DNA of 64,000 nucleotides from positions 1 through 64,000 of IMG/VR virus record IMGVR_UViG_3300015606_001334; one strand, 5' to 3'. Made by a program: the position numbers and the translations under genes. The first letter of the stretch is position 1; each line of letters starts with the position of its first letter. A model generated the notes under the pieces. It had not been told where the DNA came from. It saw nothing but the letters and a program-made list of their open reading frames with translations, and did not search any database. Shown here piece after piece: positions 10,014-19,229 of this stretch. Source of the DNA: a virus. Lineage: Duplodnaviria > Caudoviricetes.

Positions 10014-10856
10014 TTAAGATGCCAATTTTATGAATGGCTTTATTTTGCCTTGAGTAACTCTTTCGATCGCCAACATATCCCTTTGGATTTTCCCAACGTA
10101 GATACATTTTGCGGTAGTACGGTCAAAAAACATGAAATCGTGATTCCCAATAGCAGAGTTGATGACGCTATTGAAATACCTATCTTCGATTTCCTTGAAG
10201 TAGCTTGGTGTTTTAGAAGAGTGTTTGTCCATTGCCATTTGGATCTTGCTGGCAAAGTCGATGTCCATCCGTTTACAGATCTTTTGGTCCTTAACATAGA
10301 CATCCCCGTTGATTACCTTCAGGTTAAGTGAGAACTCATCAACGTTGAGGACAATCTTTCGTAGTTCAGTAATTTTGGTTCGTGTTATTTCAAGCTCATT
10401 CTCTAACAATGCTGGATTGTTGGTATGATTTACGAAATTTCGAACTTCAAAAAGGAATTGATGATTTGGTTCGCTAGCGTCTACACCAAACCTAAAATCG
10501 TAATACCAGTTCGGTTTATTAGATGGCCTAACCGCTTTAACCTCAACAAATGGTTTCCCATTTACTGAAGCATCAATTTGGGATTTGAAGCCAGATAGAG
10601 ATAAATTGTCGCAAAGAAAATAGAGCAGAATTTCCCCTGGTCCTATTCCAGATAAGGACATATTAAGCAGTTGCTTAGATTCTAAAGGAAATGATTCAAC
10701 GAAAAGGTTTATTTTGGATTTGGTATCGGAAAGTGAAGGATCAAAAAAGAATCCTTCAACTTCCCAATATTCCAATTTTAATGCACTTGTTATTCTTCTT
10801 CTTATTTCTGCCTTATTTTCAACCGACGTAAAGTCAGATGAATTAAAGGTGTGCAA
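10014..10856 (-). CDS. putative PD-(D/E)xK nuclease
   Basis: GIGPGEILL...IDA...VEVKA pattern. Confidence 0.55.
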   Translation of the reverse strand: MHTFNSSDFTSVENKAEIRRRITSALKLEYWEVEGFFFDPSLSDTKSKINLFVESFPLESKQLLNMSLSGIGPGEILLYFLCDNLSLSGFKSQIDASVNGKPFVEVKAVRPSNKPNWYYDFRFGVDASEPNHQFLFEVRNFVNHTNNPALLENELEITRTKITELRKIVLNVDEFSLNLKVINGDVYVKDQKICKRMDIDFASKIQMAMDKHSSKTPSYFKEIEDRYFNSVINSAIGNHDFMFFDRTTAKCIYVGKIQRDMLAIERVTQGKIKPFIKLAS

Positions 10857-10866
10857 TTTTTGCTTC

Positions 10867-11496
10867 TTATGCTAGTTGTTCGATACGTTTACGTAGGTCA
10901 ACGACCTTCTTGTCGTAAGAACGGCCCCAAGATTTAACACCGGATAGAAGTTTTCTACCGATTGAACGAGCAAATTTGATGATGCTGTCAAAGGAGAAGT
11001 CTTCCTTTAGATCAACACGTAGCTGAGGTGCCTTAGCAACCTTCAACTTTTCTTCAACTTGGGTATTTGCTTTGATGATTTCATCAATCTTCTCTGCTAG
11101 GTCAGGAACCAATGCAGTGATGTCCTTGATGATTTGATCGTAGTTGACCTTTTCAGTCTTTTCGATGGAATCTGGCTGGCGCTTACCAATCAAGATAGTC
11201 ATCGAAACTGTCTCAACGATACGGGTGTGGATCTCGTCGGCAGCATCAAAGAATTCAATTGCTTCTTCTTTGATTTCTGCATTAAGTTTGTCGGTTGCCT
11301 TTGATAGCTCTTCGGTCTTTTCTTTAAGTTCCTTAAACTGCTTTGCTAGCTTTGTGAACTTACCAGATTCGTTGCCTTGCAGGGTAACGATGACCTTATC
11401 AATTGCGCCCTTTGATTTCTTTTCGGTGTATGGAAGATCTGAGCGACGAGCCTCAGTCAAAAGGTCCAACACCAAGTTTGCGATTTTGCTTTCCAT
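10867..11496 (-). CDS. late coiled-coil protein (possible head-internal protein)
   Basis: TATAAATA at 11536-11543; N-terminal LLTE. Confidence 0.6.
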   Translation of the reverse strand: MESKIANLVLDLLTEARRSDLPYTEKKSKGAIDKVIVTLQGNESGKFTKLAKQFKELKEKTEELSKATDKLNAEIKEEAIEFFDAADEIHTRIVETVSMTILIGKRQPDSIEKTEKVNYDQIIKDITALVPDLAEKIDEIIKANTQVEEKLKVAKAPQLRVDLKEDFSFDSIIKFARSIGRKLLSGVKSWGRSYDKKVVDLRKRIEQLA

Positions 11497-11535
11497 GGGA
11501 TCCTCGTGTTAAAAGTTATTGCAATAACTTGAGGA

Positions 11536-11543
11536 TATTTATA
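11536..11543 (-). promoter_or_regulatory. T4-type late promoter
   Basis: TATAAATA on minus strand. Confidence 0.7.
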
Positions 11544-11550
11544 CGAGATC

Positions 11551-11859
11551 TTATTGAAGATCCTCCCATGGCTCATCATCCCAATCATAATTTTCGCCAC
11601 ATTCCTTCACTTGATCCCAAAGAAGCATAGTGCCATCTGGTAGCCAATCTCCAGTTTTTAGGAAGGTGCAATAAGCGCCTTGGAATCCGTCCTCATACGG
11701 CTTATATTCGTCTGGCAATTCACCATGAACTGCCTTGTCGTAACGTTGCCAATGCGGGCAAGACTTGACTCTAAACACCCATCCATTTTCCTCACAAGGA
11801 GCCTGGACGGGAGTATAGCAATATGGACCTTTAGGGATTAAATCAAGGGGCTGGGTCAT
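11551..11859 (-). CDS. Cys-containing hypothetical protein
   Basis: IPKGPYCY...CPHW...YC.FL...LLWDQVKECG; likely start MTQPL. Confidence 0.55.
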   Translation of the reverse strand: MTQPLDLIPKGPYCYTPVQAPCEENGWVFRVKSCPHWQRYDKAVHGELPDEYKPYEDGFQGAYCTFLKTGDWLPDGTMLLWDQVKECGENYDWDDEPWEDLQ

Positions 11860-13069
11860 CTGGTAAAGAACCTGGAGGGTAAATTGTCGCACCAGTCTTC
11901 GCTGAAGTTTCATAGTCATCAGCTACTTTGATCTTCTTTCCCGTTAGTTTTTCGAGAGCAAATTTCAATTCGAATACTAAGGCAATCAATTGAGAATTGG
12001 TAAGTTCTGCAACACCAACTGTATCTTTCGATAGCTTTGAGAAGATCGATCTTGACCATTTAGTTTGCTGATTATCATCAACATAAATCGGAAGACTGTT
12101 ATCTCGTGGTCGATTTGACGGGAGGGCGAACTCAACTTGATTCTTTAGAATGTCTTCAGGATCAAGACCAAGATCGATAACCTTCGGTCCCTTTACCACA
12201 AGTTTCGGCGAAAGATCCGTGGTTAAGACGAGATTTTCATCAGGATACGGAGCGCTTGAGAAGGTTAATGATGCACCTTGATAGATTTTTATTGGTCTCA
12301 ACGTGTGGAATGCAGGAGTCTTTTGAGACGCGTGCTGTAGAGAAACGTCATCATTGATGTAGCGTTGAACGATGATAGTATGATTTCCCTGAACGAATGG
12401 ACCCAACGGAAGTTGGATGATCAGAGAATTGTTACTTGCATAGTAATAATCTGGATTGATTTGTAAACCTTCTATGTACAAATCAATTATGTCAGATGAA
12501 TTCACGGTCATCGTAGAGCCTTCTTGAGAAACCCAAGTCGACTTAATCTTGGTGATTGGGAACTCTGAGGCAGGAACTGAGAACGTGTAAGTTTCTTTTT
12601 CAAGAACAGACTTAAGCTGTTGCTGTGATGGTGGTAGCAAAAATGCCAAATCATCACGCAAAATGAATTTGCCGTTCCAATGAGTTATTCCGCCCCAGGT
12701 TTCAAGAACGTTACCTGATGAGGACTTTGATTTCCCAAGACCTAGAACCAGACCACCAGTGTCTTTGCTGAAAACCGCATTAGACTTCTTGTTATCGCTA
12801 GCGAAGATCTTCAGATTCGTAGGTTTGATAGCAGTACCCAAATTGAATGAATCTTTGTGGATTTCAAACCTACAACCGTAACCATCATAGTTGCCTACAA
12901 TGTGACCACCAATTCCGGTAGTCGAGGTGACTCGACTAATTGTTCCCCAAATTGATTGATTGTCGGTAAATTTGGCGGGAGGATCTTCGAGAATGGTGAT
13001 ATCGTCACCATTTCGAATACACAAATTACCGGTTGTAAAAAATTTGTTGGTATCTACTGTCGTAGCCAT
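11843..13069 (-). CDS. putative tail/structural protein
   Basis: LYIEGLQI..DY domain shared with fibre genes; C-terminal LIALVFELK helix reminiscent of an intramolecular chaperone. Confidence 0.5.
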   Translation of the reverse strand: MATTVDTNKFFTTGNLCIRNGDDITILEDPPAKFTDNQSIWGTISRVTSTTGIGGHIVGNYDGYGCRFEIHKDSFNLGTAIKPTNLKIFASDNKKSNAVFSKDTGGLVLGLGKSKSSSGNVLETWGGITHWNGKFILRDDLAFLLPPSQQQLKSVLEKETYTFSVPASEFPITKIKSTWVSQEGSTMTVNSSDIIDLYIEGLQINPDYYYASNNSLIIQLPLGPFVQGNHTIIVQRYINDDVSLQHASQKTPAFHTLRPIKIYQGASLTFSSAPYPDENLVLTTDLSPKLVVKGPKVIDLGLDPEDILKNQVEFALPSNRPRDNSLPIYVDDNQQTKWSRSIFSKLSKDTVGVAELTNSQLIALVFELKFALEKLTGKKIKVADDYETSAKTGATIYPPGSLPDDPAP

Positions 13070-13522
13070 TTATTCAGGAACCCATACGAAGTGTGATAAG
13101 CCTTCTAACTGCTCATCAATTATTTTTGAAATTTCGCCCCAATCACCGCCACCTAGTCCAGCACCGATCATTGGATAGTTAATGCTTGTGATGTTATTTA
13201 TTTGTGCGAACTTTCGTACTTGTTCAAAGGCTATCTGAATAGCGTGATAGCTTACGTATCGTTTGCCATCACCGCCATAGAATTCTTGGGTGATCGCATT
13301 GATAATGAACCGAGAAGGTAGAACTTCAACTGGGATTATTTGCCCCAACTGAAGCCCATTTTCATCGTGATGACGAACGTACTCGTAGTAAGCAGAAGGG
13401 AAGTTATTTCTGACGATCCTTGCCACACCACTCCCCATAACCCCTTGGGCATTACACCCATGAACAACCATTGAGTTAGGGTAGAGAAATGAATCGAATA
13501 CGTCCCCCTTGATAATTTCCAT
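13070..13522 (-). CDS. macro domain protein
   Basis: IIKGD, VHGCNAQGVMGSGVA, PMIGAGLGGGDW. Confidence 0.88.
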   Translation of the reverse strand: MEIIKGDVFDSFLYPNSMVVHGCNAQGVMGSGVARIVRNNFPSAYYEYVRHHDENGLQLGQIIPVEVLPSRFIINAITQEFYGGDGKRYVSYHAIQIAFEQVRKFAQINNITSINYPMIGAGLGGGDWGEISKIIDEQLEGLSHFVWVPE

Positions 13523-13523
13523 C

Positions 13524-14042
13524 TTATTCCTCGTCAACGTGGGCATGCATTACTGGGATTTCCGGAGTATCTGAATCATCCACAGCATGGCGATGCATAT
13601 TTACCGGCACTGCTTGAAAGAATTCATTCTCGATTGCATGCAGTGCTGCAACGACTCGTTGTTCAAAGGCAACAAAATTGTCGAGACAATTAGTGACATT
13701 GAAATCCTTGACATTGATGAAGAACGACGAATGTTTATTCTTGATCTTTTGGTCAAACTTACCGTTCCAATGAACGATGATAGGAGAATCCTGTAGGCTC
13801 TTAAGCTCGATCAGGTAACGAATATCACCAAGAATACTGCGATATGGGTAGATCACCAAATCGTTTCCTAGTTCGATGGCACCTTCAAACTTATCAAAAA
13901 GCTTGTAGTGAGCAAGGGTGTAAAACACCTTAGTAGAAAGGGAACGAACTAGAGATTCGGATAGAGAATCAGTGATTCGGAATTTTTCACCTTGGAGACG
14001 TTCTTTGATAACTGGTGAGCTGTGACTAAATAGCATGGACAT
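13524..14042 (-). CDS. hypothetical protein
   Basis: 172 aa in operon. Confidence 0.55.
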   Translation of the reverse strand: MSMLFSHSSPVIKERLQGEKFRITDSLSESLVRSLSTKVFYTLAHYKLFDKFEGAIELGNDLVIYPYRSILGDIRYLIELKSLQDSPIIVHWNGKFDQKIKNKHSSFFINVKDFNVTNCLDNFVAFEQRVVAALHAIENEFFQAVPVNMHRHAVDDSDTPEIPVMHAHVDEE

Positions 14043-14500
14043 TATTTTTCCTTGTTGAGAATGTCAGCGATAGGCTGAAGATTTTGGATGGCTGCCTCGA
14101 TAGCAATACCACCATTTTGGTTCACCATCACTGCAACTTTGTTTAGTGATTTTTGTTGGGTCTTGTCAAATTCAGCTTCACCATCTTTATCCAAAAAGGC
14201 AAAGACTGTCTTCTTTGGTCGCTTGTTGCTATCATCGATAACCTCAGCAATGGAATAAACCCCAGTCATTTTAGGAGTGATAACATACAGACAGAAGTCA
14301 CAATCTTCTCGCTCTTTGAGCTCTTGTTTGTATGCTTCTTCGGTCCAATCAGGAACTACAGGGTCAAAGTAGTCAATTTTCAAAAGGGGCTTGATCGTTT
14401 CACGCCACGTCGATTCATTGCAGGTACCACCAAGGAAGACCTTCTTTTTGCCGTTAAATTTCTTCTTTAGTTGTTCTTCAGATAGTTCTATCATTTTCAT
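14042..14500 (-). CDS. nucleoside 2-deoxyribosyltransferase-like protein
   Basis: VFLGGTCN.STWR, YFDPVVPDW, GVYSIAE. Confidence 0.75.
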   Translation of the reverse strand: MKMIELSEEQLKKKFNGKKKVFLGGTCNESTWRETIKPLLKIDYFDPVVPDWTEEAYKQELKEREDCDFCLYVITPKMTGVYSIAEVIDDSNKRPKKTVFAFLDKDGEAEFDKTQQKSLNKVAVMVNQNGGIAIEAAIQNLQPIADILNKEK

Positions 14501-14663
14501 TTGCTAGCTTTATTAGTTGGTAAAGGATCGGAGCATTGTATGGATTTCCATTACATTTCGCGTAGATTTCCTCAGCTTCTTCATCCGTGATATTTGGATT
14601 TTGCTCTTTTAGAAGTTCGAGAGCAATCTCAAAATTGAGAATATGTCCAAGAACTTCTTCCAT
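14478..14663 (-). CDS. hypothetical protein
   Basis: Likely start MEEVLG overlapping the TS stop. Confidence 0.45.
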   Translation of the reverse strand: MEEVLGHILNFEIALELLKEQNPNITDEEAEEIYAKCNGNPYNAPILYQLIKLANENDRTI

Positions 14664-15535
14664 TACACTGCTACCGGAATCTTCATGAATGGGTGACAAA
14701 CATAATCTTCGACAATCAGATCGCCAACTTTGAAATCATCAATATCAGAAACTTCACGGGTGATTTTGATCTTCGCAGTATTTTCCAGCTCAGGACGTTC
14801 GAGCATTTCGTTCATTCTTTCGATTTGATTTTCGTAGATATGAACGTCCACACCTGACCAAACAAGCTTACCAACTTCGAGACCGGTAACATGAGCGAGC
14901 ATGTGAGCGAGCATTGCATAATTAGTAAGGTTGAACGGCAAACCAATAGGAACATCAACAGAACGTTGGAGAAGATGCAGATTCAACTTACCATTTACCA
15001 CATTACATTGCCAAGTCATATGGCAAGGAGGCAACTGCATTTCGCTTAGATCAGAAGGATTCCAAGCGGTGACGATCATTCGACGATCCGTAGGATTAGT
15101 CTTGATCGTGTTGATTAGATTACGAACTTGGTCGATTTCTTCAACTCGAACTTTCGCGTCAAAGTATGTTGTTCCGCCTTCTGGATGGTTCAAGTAATCC
15201 TTGTGGCTAACAACCTTAACTTTCTGCCAGTTTCGCCATTGAACACCATAAACTGGACCAAGCTCAGTAGTTCCAGGACGAACCCAAGAATCCCAAATCT
15301 TGACGCCATTTTCTTGAAGGAATGAGATGTCTCCAGTTCCCTTCAAATACCAAAGAAGCTCAATGTAAGCGGCTTCCCAATTGGTCTTCTTTGAATTGAC
15401 GATTGGGGTTTCTTTTTGAAGGTCGTAATGAAGTTGAGCACCAAATAGGGAGATGGTACCAATTCCGGTACGGGTATTTGGTTTGTACTCACCGTTTTCT
15501 AGGACATTTCGGACTAGGTCGTTGTATGATTTCAT
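14663..15535 (-). CDS. thyA: thymidylate synthase (canonical dUMP type)
   Basis: RTGIGT, LGPVYG.QWR, LPPCH, QRSVDVPIGLPFN, DVHIYENQ. Confidence 0.95.
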   Translation of the reverse strand: MKSYNDLVRNVLENGEYKPNTRTGIGTISLFGAQLHYDLQKETPIVNSKKTNWEAAYIELLWYLKGTGDISFLQENGVKIWDSWVRPGTTELGPVYGVQWRNWQKVKVVSHKDYLNHPEGGTTYFDAKVRVEEIDQVRNLINTIKTNPTDRRMIVTAWNPSDLSEMQLPPCHMTWQCNVVNGKLNLHLLQRSVDVPIGLPFNLTNYAMLAHMLAHVTGLEVGKLVWSGVDVHIYENQIERMNEMLERPELENTAKIKITREVSDIDDFKVGDLIVEDYVCHPFMKIPVAV

Positions 15536-15676
15536 TTATCTACCTGCGATCATGAATGAGAAGATTCTTTGGAGGGTTTTTCGTCTGACTCGGTTGTCGA
15601 ATGGTCGCTTTGACGAAGAATTCATTCGCCAAAAGTTTCGACAAGACTGAGCCTTAGTCAGTCTATTGCGTTTCAT
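15536..15676 (-). CDS. 46 aa basic peptide (not in ORF track)
   Basis: MKRNRLTKAQSCRNFWRMNSSSKRPFDNRVRRKTLQRIFSFMIAGR fills the gap; stop abuts thyA ATG. Confidence 0.4.
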   Translation of the reverse strand: MKRNRLTKAQSCRNFWRMNSSSKRPFDNRVRRKTLQRIFSFMIAGR

Positions 15677-16256
15677 TTTTTATTCTTGTGAATACTTCAA
15701 TGAGGAATGAGCAAGATTTGTGGAAGTGGAATCCAAATCCTGTTGAGGGAGAACGATCTGCGTTTCCTGCTACATTCAAAACTTGAACTTGGTGCTCTAT
15801 CAGGAATTCGTAAAAAGCTGCAGTCGTTTCTCTTATATATGCTTTATCGTTGTGCAAATTCAGGTTAACATCGAAATACGGTTTGTCATATTTTCGAATG
15901 AACTTGAGAGTGCACAATTCTCCAGGCGATCCAAAATTCGTAGCTAGACGAATTGTAGCATCTCCAGTTTTAGCATTTAGTCCCGTTCTCGCTTGATAGT
16001 TTCGTTGGACGGTTTCTTCCAGACCGAACATATCACGTAGGATGTCGGGTTTATTTCCTGCTAGGGTACGAAAACCTTGAGGCGCGAAGCCTCCTGTCTG
16101 GAATCCACAAGCCTTAGCGGCAAATAGACCAGCTTGGTCGGCTCCAGTTTGACCACCAGAAATGACGGTCCTCAGGCGAGGAATGTTTTCGTACTCGATC
16201 AGCATTTTTATTATTTTTATCGCTGGGGTGATTTCCTGTGAATCACCCGGTTTCAT
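15663..16256 (-). CDS. SLOG-family (molybdenum-carrier-like) protein
   Basis: VISGGQTGADQAGL, Y..RT..N, LNVAGN. Confidence 0.8.
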   Translation of the reverse strand: MKPGDSQEITPAIKIIKMLIEYENIPRLRTVISGGQTGADQAGLFAAKACGFQTGGFAPQGFRTLAGNKPDILRDMFGLEETVQRNYQARTGLNAKTGDATIRLATNFGSPGELCTLKFIRKYDKPYFDVNLNLHNDKAYIRETTAAFYEFLIEHQVQVLNVAGNADRSPSTGFGFHFHKSCSFLIEVFTRIKNETQ

Positions 16257-16289
16257 TCGTGCTCAGAGAGATGATAGGAACATCATCTC

Positions 16290-17102
16290 TCAGCGCATCA
16301 CATTGATCAACGCATTGAAGACTTTACGACGATCAACAGCGTACATACCTGCACAGTTGATGCAGTTGTACTCAATAAGGACTAGCGAGCCGTCATCGAG
16401 CTTTGCAAAATCTACTACGTACGCAGAATGAGGCTCGTAGTAATCCCTTAGGACTACAAGAAACTCGTTTAGTTGTTGACGCTCAAAGTCGGAAGGAACT
16501 TCATAAGTAACCTTTGTCCCGATTTTGTAGATAGAAGAGTCAACAATCTTTCCATTCACCACAAAATTTCTGTATTCTTTCTCGATCTTTCTCAAAGGAG
16601 AGATCATGATGACCTCATCATCTGGATTCTCAGAGAAATTGGAAGAAAGCTGGTGAGAATAGACTTCCTCATAAATCGTCTTACCCTTTGGGACGATCAG
16701 ACCAGCAAAAGCTTTAAGGTCTTTGGAGGGTTTGACGAACATTTCTTCCTTCATCGGGAAGTCTTTGAGATAGCCAAATTTACCAAATGTTGCGTGGCCA
16801 TTCAGCAGCAAATCCTTAGGGATGATGCGAGAATAGAACAATTGGTTAAACATGTCTTCGTCGTACCAAACGACGGCTTCTCTTGGTAGGAAACCCTTCT
16901 GCCAAAGGTCGATCACCTTCACTGAACCGTGCATGATGACCTTATCGTAATTCGCAAAGTCTTCGATTCCAGTCATCTCAGTCGTAAATGGGATGATACC
17001 AAAATAAATTGGCTCGATACCAATCTCGCGAAGAGACATCTGAAATTCTAGAAGCTCTTCTTCGCGAGTGCAGTTCAACTGGATGCCGACACCGATTTTC
17101 AT
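16290..17102 (-). CDS. ATP-grasp protein (DUF4343/R2K-like)
   Basis: FVKP..DLKAFAG, EYR.FVV.G.IV..S.Y, YVVDFA, IEYNCINCAG.Y. Confidence 0.8.
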   Translation of the reverse strand: MKIGVGIQLNCTREEELLEFQMSLREIGIEPIYFGIIPFTTEMTGIEDFANYDKVIMHGSVKVIDLWQKGFLPREAVVWYDEDMFNQLFYSRIIPKDLLLNGHATFGKFGYLKDFPMKEEMFVKPSKDLKAFAGLIVPKGKTIYEEVYSHQLSSNFSENPDDEVIMISPLRKIEKEYRNFVVNGKIVDSSIYKIGTKVTYEVPSDFERQQLNEFLVVLRDYYEPHSAYVVDFAKLDDGSLVLIEYNCINCAGMYAVDRRKVFNALINVMR

Positions 17103-17431
17103 TTTGCGGCCTTTACGTACTCAGCACCATTGACATTTACCACTGGGGCGTTTTCATCCTTCTTTACGTACTCAGCACCATCAATTAGGATCGTGTGGTA
17201 GTAAGTGGTAGACTTCCCAGAAGATTGGCTCCATTCAACGGAAGTCTCAGCCTTTTTTCCTTGGCCAGAGCAGCGGACCACGAACAGTTTTGGGCCATTC
17301 GACGAATCGATGGCATGAACCTTGCAATCGCTTAGTTCAGGCGGCATGATGTAAGTAACTTCCTTCGGTTGTTGCGGTTCGCAGGCAGTCAGAAGGATAG
17401 CAGAAAGAAGAAGGATAGCGTGGTGTTTCAT
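17099..17431 (-). CDS. lipoprotein
   Basis: MKHHAILLLSAILLTAC lipobox. Confidence 0.6.
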   Translation of the reverse strand: MKHHAILLLSAILLTACEPQQPKEVTYIMPPELSDCKVHAIDSSNGPKLFVVRCSGQGKKAETSVEWSQSSGKSTTYYHTILIDGAEYVKKDENAPVVNVNGAEYVKAAK

Positions 17432-17640
17432 TTTAATTTCCACAAATAGAGGCAACTTTACAAGCGATCATTCGAGAGGTAGAACAATCATCTTCACCAA
17501 AGCATGGAGGTTTTGGGAGATTTCTACGGCACTCGCTCAGAAAATTCTCAATAGGAATACCAAAGCGAGGGTCTTCCTTGAAAATTGGTCCCCATACTTC
17601 AGCAAACTTTTCAAAGATTGCGATTTCTTCTGGTGTGCGA

Positions 17641-17868
17641 TCAATTGTCGTTGGTTTGAACATTTTCTTCCATCTCTGGGAGGAGGGCGAACCCTCCTTG
17701 ACCCATTGAATTTCCATGACGGAACCCACCAACTACGTCATAATGACCTGGTGGCAGACCTTCCTTCATGCAGGTGTAGCTGATATTTCCCTCAAAGGAA
17801 TCGTCATCCTTAACAAGCTGTGCCAATTCCTCAAGGAGTTCAACAAGACCACGTTTGTCAAGAATCAA
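17641..17868 (-). CDS. hypothetical protein
   Basis: 75 aa, ATGA overlap with the topoisomerase gene. Confidence 0.5.
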   Translation of the reverse strand: MILDKRGLVELLEELAQLVKDDDSFEGNISYTCMKEGLPPGHYDVVGGFRHGNSMGQGGFALLPEMEENVQTNDN

Positions 17869-19229
17869 AACTTGAGCTCCTTCAATTCCTTAACGTACAT
17901 CTTCTGAGCGGTGGTAGTTCTGTAGTACTCGAGAGTTTTCTCAAGTTCAACAATATCAGCTTCAAGCTTTTCGATCTGGTCCTTGGTCAAGTTATAGACT
18001 CGAATAGACATAAGTTCATCAATATGAACGAACTTTTCCTTCTTCAGGCGTTCTTCAATTTCTGCCTTCTTGCTGGTGGAGAACCATTTTGCGTTGGCAA
18101 TGTAGAACTTTATGAAGCGAATCTTTTCGTTCGCCAGCTCAAGGTCTGCCTGATATTGATCAATCAGTTTGAGACGGCGGATTTCATACTTTCCAGTGCG
18201 GAACTGAACGAACCAAGTCAGAAGGTCATCAACAGACTCGAACTTCTTGAGACGACCATTGTCGAGCCAGACGGTAACATTTTCCGTTTCACGGGCTACC
18301 AACTTGAAAATCTTCAATAGTTCTTCTTGGTTATTGGAAGTCGTTTCACGAGGGCACTTGATCGTGAACAGGGTAAAGGATTCCTTTGAATCGTCAGAGT
18401 AGTCCTTGATGATACCCTTTTCTTCAAGACCATTGAGAACCTCACGGTAGGCCTTGGTGTATGAGCCAATCGGCAATTCGGTAATCTTGATGGTGGTAGT
18501 GTTTACAACTTCAAGCTTACCAGTGAAGACTGTTTGTTCGCCATCCTTAGTGATGGTGCCAGTGAAGCCGTTGTACCAAGGAATCAGCTTCGTACGCTTT
18601 GCCTTCGGATCAAGGGCTGCCAGACATTCCCTGCGAACTTCTTCTGGATTGTAGTTCAGAATGGTGCAAGCAAAGCCGGTTCCCATACCCTTTGCGCCAT
18701 TGATTAGCACATTAGGAATGACAGGAAGGTAATAGTCTGGCTCAATCTGGGTGCCATCATCTTCAAGATAGTTGAGGATCATTTCATCCTCGCGCTTGAA
18801 GATCTTACGGAAATTGTCGTTCAACTTCGTGAAAATGTAACGAGGAGCAGAAGCGTCAGGCCCGATGCGAGAGCCGAACTGACCGATCGGGTCGATGTAT
18901 GGCATGTTGTTCGCACCAGGAAAATCCTGAGCCATGTTTACCATAACGCCTGATAGATCACCATGGTGATAGCATGAGATTTCCATGATACCAGCAGAAG
19001 CAATGGAGACCTTCACTTCTTGGTTGTTGAACTTTTTGATCATCCCATAGATGACCTTACGTTGCGAAGGCTTGAAGCCGTCTACGCCAGACGGAATGCT
19101 TCGCTCACAGTCATAAATGGAGAATTCACGTACTTCGTCACGAAAAACGTCAGTGACTCGCTTACCACTTCCAAAAACTGGTTTACCCTTCAGCCCATTG
19201 ACTATCGTGTCAAAAAGAATATCACTCAT
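17865..19229 (-). CDS. DNA topoisomerase II breakage-reunion subunit (T4 gp52-like)
   Basis: DGFKPSQRK, YHHG, GQFGSR, ASAPRY active Tyr, GMGTGF. Confidence 0.95.
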   Translation of the reverse strand: MSDILFDTIVNGLKGKPVFGSGKRVTDVFRDEVREFSIYDCERSIPSGVDGFKPSQRKVIYGMIKKFNNQEVKVSIASAGIMEISCYHHGDLSGVMVNMAQDFPGANNMPYIDPIGQFGSRIGPDASAPRYIFTKLNDNFRKIFKREDEMILNYLEDDGTQIEPDYYLPVIPNVLINGAKGMGTGFACTILNYNPEEVRRECLAALDPKAKRTKLIPWYNGFTGTITKDGEQTVFTGKLEVVNTTTIKITELPIGSYTKAYREVLNGLEEKGIIKDYSDDSKESFTLFTIKCPRETTSNNQEELLKIFKLVARETENVTVWLDNGRLKKFESVDDLLTWFVQFRTGKYEIRRLKLIDQYQADLELANEKIRFIKFYIANAKWFSTSKKAEIEERLKKEKFVHIDELMSIRVYNLTKDQIEKLEADIVELEKTLEYYRTTTAQKMYVKELKELKF

